A stretch of DNA of 64,000 bases from Candidatus Methylomirabilota bacterium (GTDB taxonomy: Bacteria; Methylomirabilota; Methylomirabilia; Rokubacteriales; CSP1-6), in contig JBKPAK010000020.1 in NCBI GenBank assembly GCA_046726415.1, positions 14,040-78,039 of the forward strand, read 5' to 3'. The position numbers were made by a program, and so were the translations under genes. The notes below the pieces were generated by a model. That model did no database searches, had not been told where the DNA came from, and saw only the letters and a list, made by a program, of their open reading frames with translations. The number at the start of each line of letters is the position of its first letter. The first letter of the stretch is position 1. This document shows positions 38,459 through 49,300 of the stretch, in pieces.

Positions 38459-41400
38459 CGCCTCTCGCCCACCTCTAGGTACTTGCCGGGCCGATCGGGG
38501 TCGGGGATGAACCAGGCCTCGCGCCCACTCGGGTCCCGCCCCCTTCGCGCCCCGGGCAGCGGTGGGGTGGCCGGCCCAGTGCTGGGTAGCAGACCGACCT
38601 CCTGCATCTCCGCCACCGTCTCGGCGAACGCCTGGACCACGCGATCGATGTCCTCGTCCGAGTGCGCCGTACTCAAGAAGGCCGGTCGCCCTTCCCAGAC
38701 GTGGAGGCCTTTGGCCCGGAGCCACGCGAAGACCACCGGGGCGAACGGATAGTCGGGCGGCAAGCCTATGCAGAAGAAGGAGCTGAAATGCGTGAGGCGG
38801 ATCGGGGCCTGCGCCCGCGCGACGACGGCCCTCAGCGCCTCGACCAAGCGCGTCGTCCGCTCGTTGAGCCGCCGCTGTAGCTCTGGCCCCTCTTCCTCGA
38901 GGTGGATCAGGCAGGCCCGGGCGGCGGCCAGGGCCAACGGGTGGCGCACGAAGGTCCCGGCGAAGAAGGTGACACCGATCTCTGGAAAGGTAAGATCGCC
39001 ATACTGCCACATGCCCCCGTCGAGAGCGTCCATGAACTCGCGCCGGCCGGTCACGATCCCGATCGGTAAGCCTCCGCCGATGACCTTGCCGTAGGTGGCG
39101 AGGTCCCCCTGAATGCCGAGCATGGCTTGGACGCCTCCAGGGTGGGCGCGGAAGCCGGTGACCACCTCGTCACAGATGAGAGCCGTGCCCGAACTGGCGG
39201 TGAGCTCGCGGAGCTCGCGCAGGAACTCCCAGGGCTGGAGGTCGGGCCTCCGGCTCTGCACTGGCTCGACGAGCACCGCGGCCAGCTCGCCCGCCTGAGC
39301 CCGCAGCAGGTCGAGGGAGGCCGACTGACCGTACTCGAGGACGATGACATTGTCCGCCATCCCAGCGGGGATGCCCGGGGCGATCGGGCGCGAACGCAGT
39401 ACCCCATCGCTCAGGGTGGGGCGCACGAGCACTTCGTCGAACACGCCGTGGTAGGCGCCGGCGAACATGGCGATCCGGTCGCGCCCGGTCACCGTGCGAG
39501 CCAGCCGGATGGCCGCCATCACCGCCTCAGAACCCGTGTTGCAGAAGGCCGCGCGGTCCATCCCGGTGAACGCGCAAAGTCGCCGGGCCACCTCGCCGGC
39601 CAGCGGTGATTGGGGACCGATCTCAAATCCCAGCCGCAGCTGGGCCTCAACGGCCGCGGTCACGAACGGCGGGGCGTGGCCGAAGAGGACCATTCCGAAG
39701 CCGTTGGTCAAGTCGACGTACTCGTTCCCATCCACGTCCCACAGCTTCGAGCCGGCGGATCGGACGGTGACGATCGGGTAGACCGCTTCCTTCCAAGGCA
39801 GACGGAAGCCCGCCACCGAACGCGGATCGGCCAGGTGGCGACGGTGCTGTTCAGCCAGGCGCTTGGAGCCCTGGGTGCGCGCCGTGTAGCGGGTGATGAA
39901 GGCCTCCAGGCTTCTCTGCTGGGACGGTGTGAGGCCGCCACCCGTGCCCTTGTCGATCGGCCGGTAGGGCCCGAAGGCCCGGGACTCTTGACTCGCGGAG
40001 TCGGCCAAGGCGGCTTGGTAGGCCGGGCTCACGGGCACGCCGTCAGGCGGCCGCTCTGGGGTTGCGCGGGCGCCTCCGCCGGCGGATGCCGCAGGGGCGC
40101 CACTGCGCAGGAGGTCGAGCTGTCTGGACATCAGCTCGAGCTGCTGGGCGACCAGCCATTCCACGGAACCGACGGCGGCGTCGGGTTTCTCGCGCCGCGG
40201 AACCTCGAAGCGAGAGCCATCCTCCTGGCTTTCCGGCCGGACAGCCGACCCTCGAGGTACAACCTCGCTCGACTCGGTCGTAGACGAGACGGGGACACGG
40301 ACGGAGGGGGCCGGCGACGGGTTGGGCGGCAAGGTGCGATCCAACCAATCCGCCAACGCTCCGGGCGACGCGAGATCCTCGAGGAGCTGTCGGAAGCTGA
40401 TCTTCACGCCGAAGGCCTTCTGTATCGCCGCGCTGGCCTGAGTGAGGCTAAGGGAGTCCAGGCCGGCCTCCACAAACGGGGTGTCGTGGTCCAGCGCCGC
40501 GGCGTCGATGCCGGAAAGCTCCGCGAACAGAGCTCGCACGCGGCCCAGTAGGATAGCGTGCCGACCTGGCGTCGGGGTGACCTCGACAGGAGTGTCTGCC
40601 ATGCTCTCCTCGCTCCGACTGTCGTCCGCGGCGGCCGTCGGAATCCCCGCCATCCCGACCGCCGTCACGGTTTCCGGCGACGCCTCCGGCGCTCGTTCGG
40701 CGCTGGTGGGCGGGTCGATCCAGAACCTCTGCCGCTCGAACGGATAGGTCGGCAGCGGCAGGCGACGGCGCCGCTGCCCGTCGTGGACCGCCGCCCAGTC
40801 GATGTCGGCTCCGGCGATCCAAAGACGTCCCAGGGCATCGAGAATCGATTCGATGTCAGGGCCCGCATTCTCGTCGAGCGGCAGCGAAGCGATCACTGTC
40901 TGGCCTGCGGACCGATCGGTGTGCTGTCGAGCCAGCGCGGTGAGGCTCCGGCCCGGGCCGACCTCGAGGAGCAGTTGGCTGCCTTCGCGCACGAGCAGAG
41001 CCACGCCGTCGGCGAATCGGACAGGTTGCCGGAGCTGTCGCGCCCAGTACGCTGCGTCCATTGCCTCTGCGGCGGTGATCCACTGCCCGGTCACGCCGGA
41101 CACCCACGGCACCTGTGGAGGCTTGAGGCGGACACCTCGCATGACCGCCTCGAATGGCTTGAGGACGGAGTCCATCATGGAAGAGTGGAAGGCGTGCGAG
41201 GTCGGAAGCCGGCGGAAGGCGACGCCGCGTGCGCCGAGTTCCGCCTCAAGAGCCTGAACCGCCTCCGCGTTCCCCGCCACGACCGTGACCGCGGGGCCGT
41301 TAAGCGCGGCCACCGATAGGGTGCCAGACAGAAGCGGCTCGACTTCAACCGCGGGGAGTCGCACGGCGAGCATCACGCCGCCCGGCATGCTCTGCATGAG

Positions 41401-43377
41401 CCTCGCCCGCTCGGCGACCACCCGCAGGGCATCCTCACGCGAGAGGACGCCGGCCAGGCACGCCGCCACGTATTCGCCGAGGCTGTGGCCAATCATCGCC
41501 TGGGGCTTCACCCCCCAGCGCATCCAGAGGTCGGCCAGCGCATACTCGATGGCGAACAGGGCGGGCTGGGTGACGCGCGTTTCCTCGAGGAGGGCCGCGG
41601 CCGCCGCGGCGCCAGTGGCATCCGGATAGAGCACCGTTCGTAGGTCCAGCTCCAGCTCCGGCTGCAGAGTCTCCGCGCATTCGTCGACGGCGGTCCGAAA
41701 GGCCGCCTCGCCCTGGTAGAGTCCCCGCGCCATGTTCACCCGCTGCGCGCCCTGCCCGGGGAACAGGAAGACCACGGGCGCCGCGCGGGCATCGCACTGG
41801 GTGCTCACCAGGTGCTCGGCCTCCGGCCGGCGTAGCGAGGTGATGGCCTCGGCACCATCACGGCACACCAGCATCCGCCGATGGGCGAATCGCCGGCGGC
41901 CGGCCTGGAGCGTGAAGGCCACATCGGCGAGGTCGAGTCCCGGCGACGTCTCCAGGCACCGGGCGAGGCTGGCCGTGGCCTGTTCGAGGGCAGAGGCCGT
42001 CCTTGCCGAGATCACCAGCAACTGCTCGCGCCGGGCCGGCGCCGGACCCGGCGGTGTTGGCGCCTCTTCCAAGACCACGTGAGCGTTGGTGCCGCCCACG
42101 CCGAAAGAGCTCACCCCGGCTCGGCGCGGCGTCCCGCCCGGCGGCCAGTCAACCAGCCTCGTGGCAACGTAGAACGGGCTGTTCTCCAATTCGAGCTTCG
42201 GATTCGGCGCTGTGAAGTGCAGACTGGGGGGAATCTTTCGATGCCGCAGGGCCATCGCGGCCTTGATCAGGCCGACGATCCCCGCCGCCGCGTCCAAATG
42301 CCCGATGTTCGTCTTCACCGACCCGACGGCGCAGAAGCGAGTCGCGGAAGTACCGGCCCGGAAGGCCTGGGTGAGCGCGGCGATCTCTACCGGGTCCCCA
42401 AGGGGGGTCGCGGTGCCGTGCGCCTCGACCAGGGAGATGGTTTCCGGCTCCACGCCAGCGAGAGACTGGGCCAGAGCGATGCACTCGGCCTGGCCATCCA
42501 CGCTGGGCGCCGTGAAGCTCACCTTGGTGGCGCCATCGTTGTTGAGCGCCGCCCCCTTGATTACCGCGTAGACGTTGTCGCCGTCGGCCAGTGCGTCGGC
42601 CAGGCGCTTGAGCACGACGATGCCGACCCCATTGCTGAATACGGTGCCCGCGGCCTCGACGTCGAAGGCCCGGCAGTGGCCGTCAGGGGACGTGATGGCG
42701 CCTTCCTGATAGAGATATCCGCGTTGCTGGGGGAAGGTGATGGACACGCCGCCGGCTAGCGCCGTGTCGCACTGATAGTCGATCAGGGCCTGCACGGCCT
42801 GACAGACAGCCACCAGCGAGGTCGAGCAGGCGGTGTAGACGCTCACGCAGGGCCCGCGCAGATCCAGCTTGTAGGCGACCCGGGTGGCCAGGTAGTCCTT
42901 TTCATTGCCCATCATGACAAGCAGACCGCCCGCCCGCTGGATCGCGACCGGATTGGGATACAAGTTCTCCAGGAAGTAGGTGTTGTTGCTCATCCCAGCC
43001 CAGACGCCGATCGCACCCCGGTACATCCTCGGGTCATAGCCCGCATCCTCGAGCGCGGTCCAAGCCGTTTCCAGGAACACCCGCTGCTGAGGATCCATGA
43101 CGGCCGCCTCGGTGGGGTTGATGCCGAAAAACGCGGCATCGAACAGCTCGGCGCCGGGCAGGACACCCCGCGCCGGCACGTAATTCGGGTCCTTCCTCAT
43201 ACCGGGTGATTCGGCCCGACAGGGCTCTAGCTCGTCGGTCGCGAAGCGAGAAATCGACTCGACTCCGCCCTCAATGTTCCGCCAGAATTCCCCCACGTCC
43301 CGGGCACCGGGGAAGCGTCCGGCCATCCCGATGATGGCCACGCCGTCCATGGGATCTCCGTGATCCGAGTGCGCCAT
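38455..43377 (-). CDS. Type I PKS, KS-AT-ACP-aminotransferase (class III, PLP)
   Basis: KS TACSTS/HGTAT/IGHLD; AT GHSLGE and HAFH; ACP GLDSL; AMT DEVVTGFR, TYGKVIGGG. Confidence 0.93.
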   Translation of the reverse strand: MAHSDHGDPMDGVAIIGMAGRFPGARDVGEFWRNIEGGVESISRFATDELEPCRAESPGMRKDPNYVPARGVLPGAELFDAAFFGINPTEAAVMDPQQRVFLETAWTALEDAGYDPRMYRGAIGVWAGMSNNTYFLENLYPNPVAIQRAGGLLVMMGNEKDYLATRVAYKLDLRGPCVSVYTACSTSLVAVCQAVQALIDYQCDTALAGGVSITFPQQRGYLYQEGAITSPDGHCRAFDVEAAGTVFSNGVGIVVLKRLADALADGDNVYAVIKGAALNNDGATKVSFTAPSVDGQAECIALAQSLAGVEPETISLVEAHGTATPLGDPVEIAALTQAFRAGTSATRFCAVGSVKTNIGHLDAAAGIVGLIKAAMALRHRKIPPSLHFTAPNPKLELENSPFYVATRLVDWPPGGTPRRAGVSSFGVGGTNAHVVLEEAPTPPGPAPARREQLLVISARTASALEQATASLARCLETSPGLDLADVAFTLQAGRRRFAHRRMLVCRDGAEAITSLRRPEAEHLVSTQCDARAAPVVFLFPGQGAQRVNMARGLYQGEAAFRTAVDECAETLQPELELDLRTVLYPDATGAAAAAALLEETRVTQPALFAIEYALADLWMRWGVKPQAMIGHSLGEYVAACLAGVLSREDALRVVAERARLMQSMPGGVMLAVRLPAVEVEPLLSGTLSVAALNGPAVTVVAGNAEAVQALEAELGARGVAFRRLPTSHAFHSSMMDSVLKPFEAVMRGVRLKPPQVPWVSGVTGQWITAAEAMDAAYWARQLRQPVRFADGVALLVREGSQLLLEVGPGRSLTALARQHTDRSAGQTVIASLPLDENAGPDIESILDALGRLWIAGADIDWAAVHDGQRRRRLPLPTYPFERQRFWIDPPTSAERAPEASPETVTAVGMAGIPTAAADDSRSEESMADTPVEVTPTPGRHAILLGRVRALFAELSGIDAAALDHDTPFVEAGLDSLSLTQASAAIQKAFGVKISFRQLLEDLASPGALADWLDRTLPPNPSPAPSVRVPVSSTTESSEVVPRGSAVRPESQEDGSRFEVPRREKPDAAVGSVEWLVAQQLELMSRQLDLLRSGAPAASAGGGARATPERPPDGVPVSPAYQAALADSASQESRAFGPYRPIDKGTGGGLTPSQQRSLEAFITRYTARTQGSKRLAEQHRRHLADPRSVAGFRLPWKEAVYPIVTVRSAGSKLWDVDGNEYVDLTNGFGMVLFGHAPPFVTAAVEAQLRLGFEIGPQSPLAGEVARRLCAFTGMDRAAFCNTGSEAVMAAIRLARTVTGRDRIAMFAGAYHGVFDEVLVRPTLSDGVLRSRPIAPGIPAGMADNVIVLEYGQSASLDLLRAQAGELAAVLVEPVQSRRPDLQPWEFLRELRELTASSGTALICDEVVTGFRAHPGGVQAMLGIQGDLATYGKVIGGGLPIGIVTGRREFMDALDGGMWQYGDLTFPEIGVTFFAGTFVRHPLALAAARACLIHLEEEGPELQRRLNERTTRLVEALRAVVARAQAPIRLTHFSSFFCIGLPPDYPFAPVVFAWLRAKGLHVWEGRPAFLSTAHSDEDIDRVVQAFAETVAEMQEVGLLPSTGPATPPLPGARRGRDPSGREAWFIPDPDRPGKYLEVGERR

Positions 43378-43378
43378 G

Positions 43379-46300
43379 CTACGGGTTCCGGCCGATCCTT
43401 CGCGGTCGGGATTGCGCGTCCCGCTGGCGCCGAGCCCGATCTCGAACGTGGCTCAGGCAAGATGCCTCGTTCGGCTGGTGGCTGAGGTAGCCGGCCAGCG
43501 CACTGACGGTGGGGTATTGGAGCAGCGCCACGATGGGAAGGTTCAGGCCCAGCCGGGCCTGGAGCCGGGTGTGGGTCTCGACGAGCAGAATAGAGTGCCC
43601 GCCGAGATCGAAAAAGTTATCGTCGAGCCCGACCCGCTCTACTTCGAACAGCTCCTGCCAGATCGCGGCGATGGCCTGCTCGAGCCGCGTGCGCGGGGCG
43701 AGATACGCCGCGCCCTCCTTCGAGCGGTGATCGAGCCCCGCGACCGCCAGCTGCCCGTCTGGAGGTGGAGGCAGCACCGCCAGGATGTCGGCGATCGTCC
43801 GTCGCGTGGCGGTAGTCATGGCCTCGAGGACCGCGGCCAAAGCGGCGAGCGAGCGGCGGATCGCCGCGCCGTCGAACTGGTTGCGGCGGTAGATCATCTT
43901 CAGCCGGAGCTCAGGAGCCGGCGTCACCACCAGAGTCAACGGATAGTTGGTCGCCTCCGGCATCGAGACCGGAGCGATCTCGACGGTTGGTCCCAGCCGG
44001 CGCGCCTCCTGGCTGACGGCGTAGTTCTGGAAGACGAGCAGACTGTCGAACAGGCGAAGCCGCCACGGAATGCCCGTCCAGGCCTGAATCTCGAGCGGGG
44101 AGACGTACTGGTGGAGCACGGCATCGGCCTGCTTGTCCTGTGCCTCGGCGAGCCAGACCGGTACAGACATCTCCGGCCTGACCTGGAGCCGGATGGGGAG
44201 ATTGCTCACGAAGGTCCCCACCATCGATTCGATACCGGCCACCTTAGGTGGTCGCCCGGAGAACGTGACCCCGAAGACCACGTCGGCCTGGCCACTGCGA
44301 TGGCTCAGGAGTAAGCCCCATGCCCCTTGGACGAGCATGCTCAAGGTGAGGTGATAGCTCCGCGCAAACGAACGGAGGGCCGCCCCAGTCCGCTCTGACA
44401 GCCTCACCTCTTCCTCGGCGTGCGACTGCCCTGCGCCCTCTGAGCGTCCCGCCGGCGCAGGCGGCAAGCCGAGCGGGGTGGGCGCGGTGAAGCCCGCGAG
44501 CCAGCGCCGCCAGAAGGCCTCGGTCTCCGTACTGTTCCGACCTTCCAGCCAGCCGATGTAGTCGCGGTACGCGTGGGGGGGCGCGAGTCTGGCATCTCGG
44601 CCCGCGCGGAGGGCTTCGTAGCACTCCGACAGCTCGGAGAAGATTAGGGGCCACGACCAGCCGTCGACGTGGAGGTGATGGGTGGTCCAGAGAAGGTGGA
44701 ACGTTTCGTCGGCCAACCGGAGGAGCGTCACGCGCGTGAGTGGAGCCCGCGACAGGTCGAAGCCCTGAGCGGCGTCCGACTCCACGAGTTCGGCCAGTCG
44801 CGTGCTCTGGTCGGTGGCGGAGAGAGCACTCCAGTCGTGCTCGCTCCACGGCAGCGCCACGCGGCGGACGACGACCTGCAACTCCCGCTGGCCGTCGGAG
44901 ACGAAGGCGGTGCGGAGAATCGAGTGCCGATTGACGACCAGTTCCCACGCGCGCCGCAGCGCCGGCGCGTCCACCGAGCCGTGCAGGCGGTACTGCCACT
45001 GCTCCAGCCCGGAGCCGGCGGCCTCCATCGAGTGAAACAGGCGCTGCATGGGAGACAACGCGTATATGTCTTCCACCTCCTCGAGGTCGCAGGGAAGCCG
45101 GTCGAGAAGAGCCAGGTCGAACGCCGCCGGCGCGACGTGGGCCGGCCGTGCGTCAGTTGCCCCTCGCGTCTCACAGGCCAGGAGCACTTCGCGCACAGCC
45201 TCGACGAAGCTCTGGGCCAATCGCTCCACCGTCTGCCGGCGGTGGATGTTTTCGCTGTACGTCCACCGCATCTGGAGCCGTCCGTGAATGACCAGGGCCA
45301 AGAGGTCGATCAGGTGCCGCCGCGGAGCTCGTGGGCTGTGCCAGGGGCCGGCGGGTTCCGCGGCGAAGCGGAAGAGGCCGGAGCCGGCCAGAACCTGGTC
45401 GAACTGACCGAGGTAGTTGAACAGCACCGCGGGCTGGGGATGGTCGCCGAGGAGGGTGGCGGTGGTCGGATCGCCGAGGTAGCGAAGGACGCCGTAGCCA
45501 ATGCCTCGGCCCGGGACCTGCCGCAGTTGCTCCTTCACCGCGTGGAGCACGTCGGCGAGGGGACCACGCGGGGGCTCGAGCCGCAGCGGGAAAATGCTGG
45601 TGAACCAACCCACGGTCCGCGAGAGATCCACATCGTCGAAGATCGCCTCCCGACCGTGGCCCTCGACATCCACGCAGAGGGACCCGCCCTTCGTCCATCC
45701 GGTGAGGCACCGCGCCAGCGCCGCCAACAAGACGTCGTCGACCTGCGCGCGGAATACTTGGGGCACCCGCTGCAGTAGCGCACGTGTCTCCTCGATCCCG
45801 ATGGACCACGTCACGGTTCGAGCGGACATCTCGGTGTTGGCACCGCCCTCGAAGTCGACAGGGAGGCGGGCGGAGTCCACGTTCGCGGTGGCCAGCCAAT
45901 GACTGAGCTGATTCCGGCAGGCTGGCCACTGCGCGTACTCAATGAGCCGCTGCGCCCAACGCCGATACGACGTCGTCCGGGCGGGCAGCCGCACCGTGTC
46001 GCCCCCATGCAGTGCTCGGTAGAGCGTGTCCACATCCCCCAAGAGGATTCGCCAGGACACCCCATCGATCACCAAATGATGGGCGATGACAAGGAGCCGG
46101 CCCGGGCGCCGGGGGCCGAGTCCGAAGTGGGCTATTCGCAGGAGTGGGCCATCGGCGATGTCGAGAGTGCGCTGGAGCTCAGTCGCCTTCGCTTCGATGG
46201 CGGCTGGCAATTCGGCGTCTGGCCGTCCAGAGAGGTCTATCTCCGCGACAGAGATGGTCCCGCCATCGTTGCTATAGCGCTGCTCCCAGCCGTGGGCGCC

Positions 46301-49300
46301 GCGCCGGAACCGCAGCCGGAATGAGTCGTGGTGATCGACGACGTGCTGGCTTGCCGCTTCCAGAGCCTGTACATCCACGTCGGTCGGCACCTCGAACAGG
46401 AAGGCTTGGTTCCAGTGATCAGGCTCCGGTAGTTCCTGCTCGAAGAACCAGCGCTGGATCGGAGTGAGGGGAACGCACCCCTCCGCTCGATGGCCGTCGT
46501 CCTGCGGCGTCGCGACTGCCGTCACCGCAGCCAGCTCGGCGATCGTCGAGTGCTGGAACAGCTCCCGAGGCGTGAACGATAGACCAGCCTGACGGGCGCG
46601 CGCGATGATCTGGATCGCGAGAATCGAGTCCCCGCCCAGCTCGAAGAAGCTGTCGTGGACGCCAACCCGCTCGAGCCCGAGCACGGCGGCCCAGATGCCG
46701 CTCAGGGTCTCCTCGATGGCCGTCCGGGGAGCCACGTAGCCCCCACGCACGTCGGGACGCGTCTGATCGAGTGCGGGCAACGCCTTTCGGTCCACCTTCC
46801 CGTGGCCGGTTAGCGGGAGCCCGTCGAGCCGCACGAACGCGGCGGGCACCATGTAGTCGGGAAGCTTGGCCCGCAGGAAGCCGCGTATCTCGTCGGCCAT
46901 GAGCGGCGCGTCGCGGTCAGCGACGTAGTACGCCACCAGCCTCTTGTCGCCCGGGATGTCCTCACGGACGATGACCACCGACTCCCGCACCGCCGAGTGC
47001 TGGGCCAGCGCCGATTCGATCTCCCCCAACTCGATCCGGAAGCCCCGAATCTTCACTTGGTCGTCGATTCGGCCGAGGTACTCGAGATCCCCATTGGGCA
47101 GCCGCCGTGCCAAGTCCCCCGAACGGTAGAGCCGCGCGCCCGGAGCGGCAGTGAACGGGTCGGCGATGAATCGCTCGGCGGTGAGCTCGGGCCGGTTCAG
47201 GTAGCCACGCCCCACGCCGGCACCACCTATATAGATCTCCCCGGCCACTCCGATCGGGACGGGACGGAGCCAGCGATCCAGAACATAGACCTGGAGGTCT
47301 GGGATCGAACGGCCGATGACGCTGCCGCTGCCGGAAAGGACGTCGTTGAGCGCGATCGGACGGTAGGTGACATGCACGGTGGTCTCGGTAATGCCGTACA
47401 TGTTGATGAGCCGAGGCGGCCGATCTCCAAACCGCTCGAACCAGGGCCGCAGCGCTTGCAGGTCCAGCGCCTCGCCGCCGAAGATAACGTACCGAAGGGC
47501 GAGCCCACGCGACTCGCCCTCCAGTATCACCTGCATCAGCTGTCGAAATGCCGACGGCGTCTGGTTCAACACCGTCACCTGCTCCCGGTACAACAGCTCG
47601 GCGAACGCCTCCGGCGAGCGACTCACCCAGTAGGGCACCAGCACGAGCCGGCCTCCGTACAAGAGCGCGCCCCACAGCTCCCACACGGAAAAGTCGAACG
47701 CGTACGAGTGGAACAGGGTCCATGCGTCCGCGGGGCCGAAGCGGAACCACGGGTCGGTGGCGTCCATGAGCCGGACGACGTTCCGATGGGTGATGAGGAC
47801 GCCCTTGGGACGCCCGGTGGACCCTGACGTGTAGATGACGTAGGCCAGGCTGTCGGCCGTAGCGCCGCCGGAGACATTGTCTTCGGCTGCGCCGCCGTCA
47901 GCTGCCTCTTCGCCCGAATCGCCCTCGAGCAGGACCATCCGAGCTCGATGCGGGGGCAGTGCGGAGGCCAGTTCGCCCTGGGTCAGCAGAACGGCGACTT
48001 CGGAATCCTCCAGCATGAAGGCGAGGCGATCCTTGGGGTACCGGGGATCGAGTGGGAGATAGGCGCCCCCCGCCTTCAGGATGGCGATGATCGCCATGAC
48101 CATGTCCACGGATCGCTCGACGAAGAGCCCGACCAAAACCTCCGGCCCCACGGAGAGCTCCCGCAGGCGGCGAGCCAGCCGGTTTGCGCCGCGGTTCAGC
48201 TGTCGGTAGGTCAGCGCCCGCCCATCATGGATCACCGCCACCGCGTCCGGCGTTCGCGCAACCTGCCGCTCGAATCGCTGGTGAATGCACAAGCCGTTGG
48301 CGGGGCCGATGGGGAGTGGGTTCGGGCTAGGCACCAGCTCGGCGCGCTCTGTCGCGGTGAGATACGGCACCGCCCGCAGCGGTTGGTCTGCGGCAGTGAT
48401 CATCCCCTCGAGAAGGAGGCCGACATGATCCAGCATCCGCGCCGCGGTGTCGTCGTCGAATCGCCGGCGGTCGTACTCCAGGCGAAGGAGCAGCTCGGCG
48501 TCCGCATAGGCAATGAAGGTGAGCGGGTAGTTCGTCTGCCCGAGGTAGCGAAAGCGCCGGCCGGTCCACTCTCCTCCCTGCGCGCGCAACGCGGTGTTCA
48601 GGAGGTAGCGCTCGTAGACCACGAGACTCTCGAAGAGCGGCGTACCGCGCGGCACGTCGCTCCAGTCCTGGATCTTGACCAGCGGTGTGTGCTCGTGCGC
48701 GCGCAGGGCCACCCCTTGGCGGCGAAGCTCTCGCAGCCAGGGCACGAGCGGCGCGTCGGATTTCACGCGAACCCGAACGGGCAGGGTATTGATGAACAGC
48801 CCCACCATGTCGTCGGCACCCTCGAGGGACGAGCGCCGACAAGCCCGGGTGGCCCCAAAAACGATGTCGTCCTCGCCGCTGTAGATGTGAAGCAAGAGCG
48901 CCCAGGCGCCTTGCAGCAGGGTGTTGACCGTGAGCTCATGCTTCTCGGCGAAGTCCCGGAGCCCGGCGGTGACGTCGGCGGCCACTCGTGCCTCGTGGGC
49001 GCCGTGAGTTCCCTGCGCGGCAGGTGCCGTGCGCGGGTTTTGCCCCACTCGCAGCGGCGTCGGTGTCGTGAAGCCTTTGAGCAGGCGCCGCCAGTACTCT
49101 TCCGCGCGGGCGGGATCCTGTCCATGCAGCCACTCGATGTAGTCGCCGTACGGCCGCGGCAGGGGAAGGTCGAGCTCCCGCCCGTCGCGGATCGCCTCGT
49201 AATAGGCGAAGACCTCCCGGAGCACGAGCGGGAAGGAGCGCCCGTCGAGCACGGCGTGGTGGAACGTCCACAACAACCGGGCCACTCGGCCGGGTAGCCA

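Noticed and set aside
38459-39010. 184-aa N-terminal extension of the second NRPS in the ORF track
   Set aside because: It overlaps the PKS 3' end. ATG 38458 overlaps the PKS stop and begins the conserved-looking sequence.
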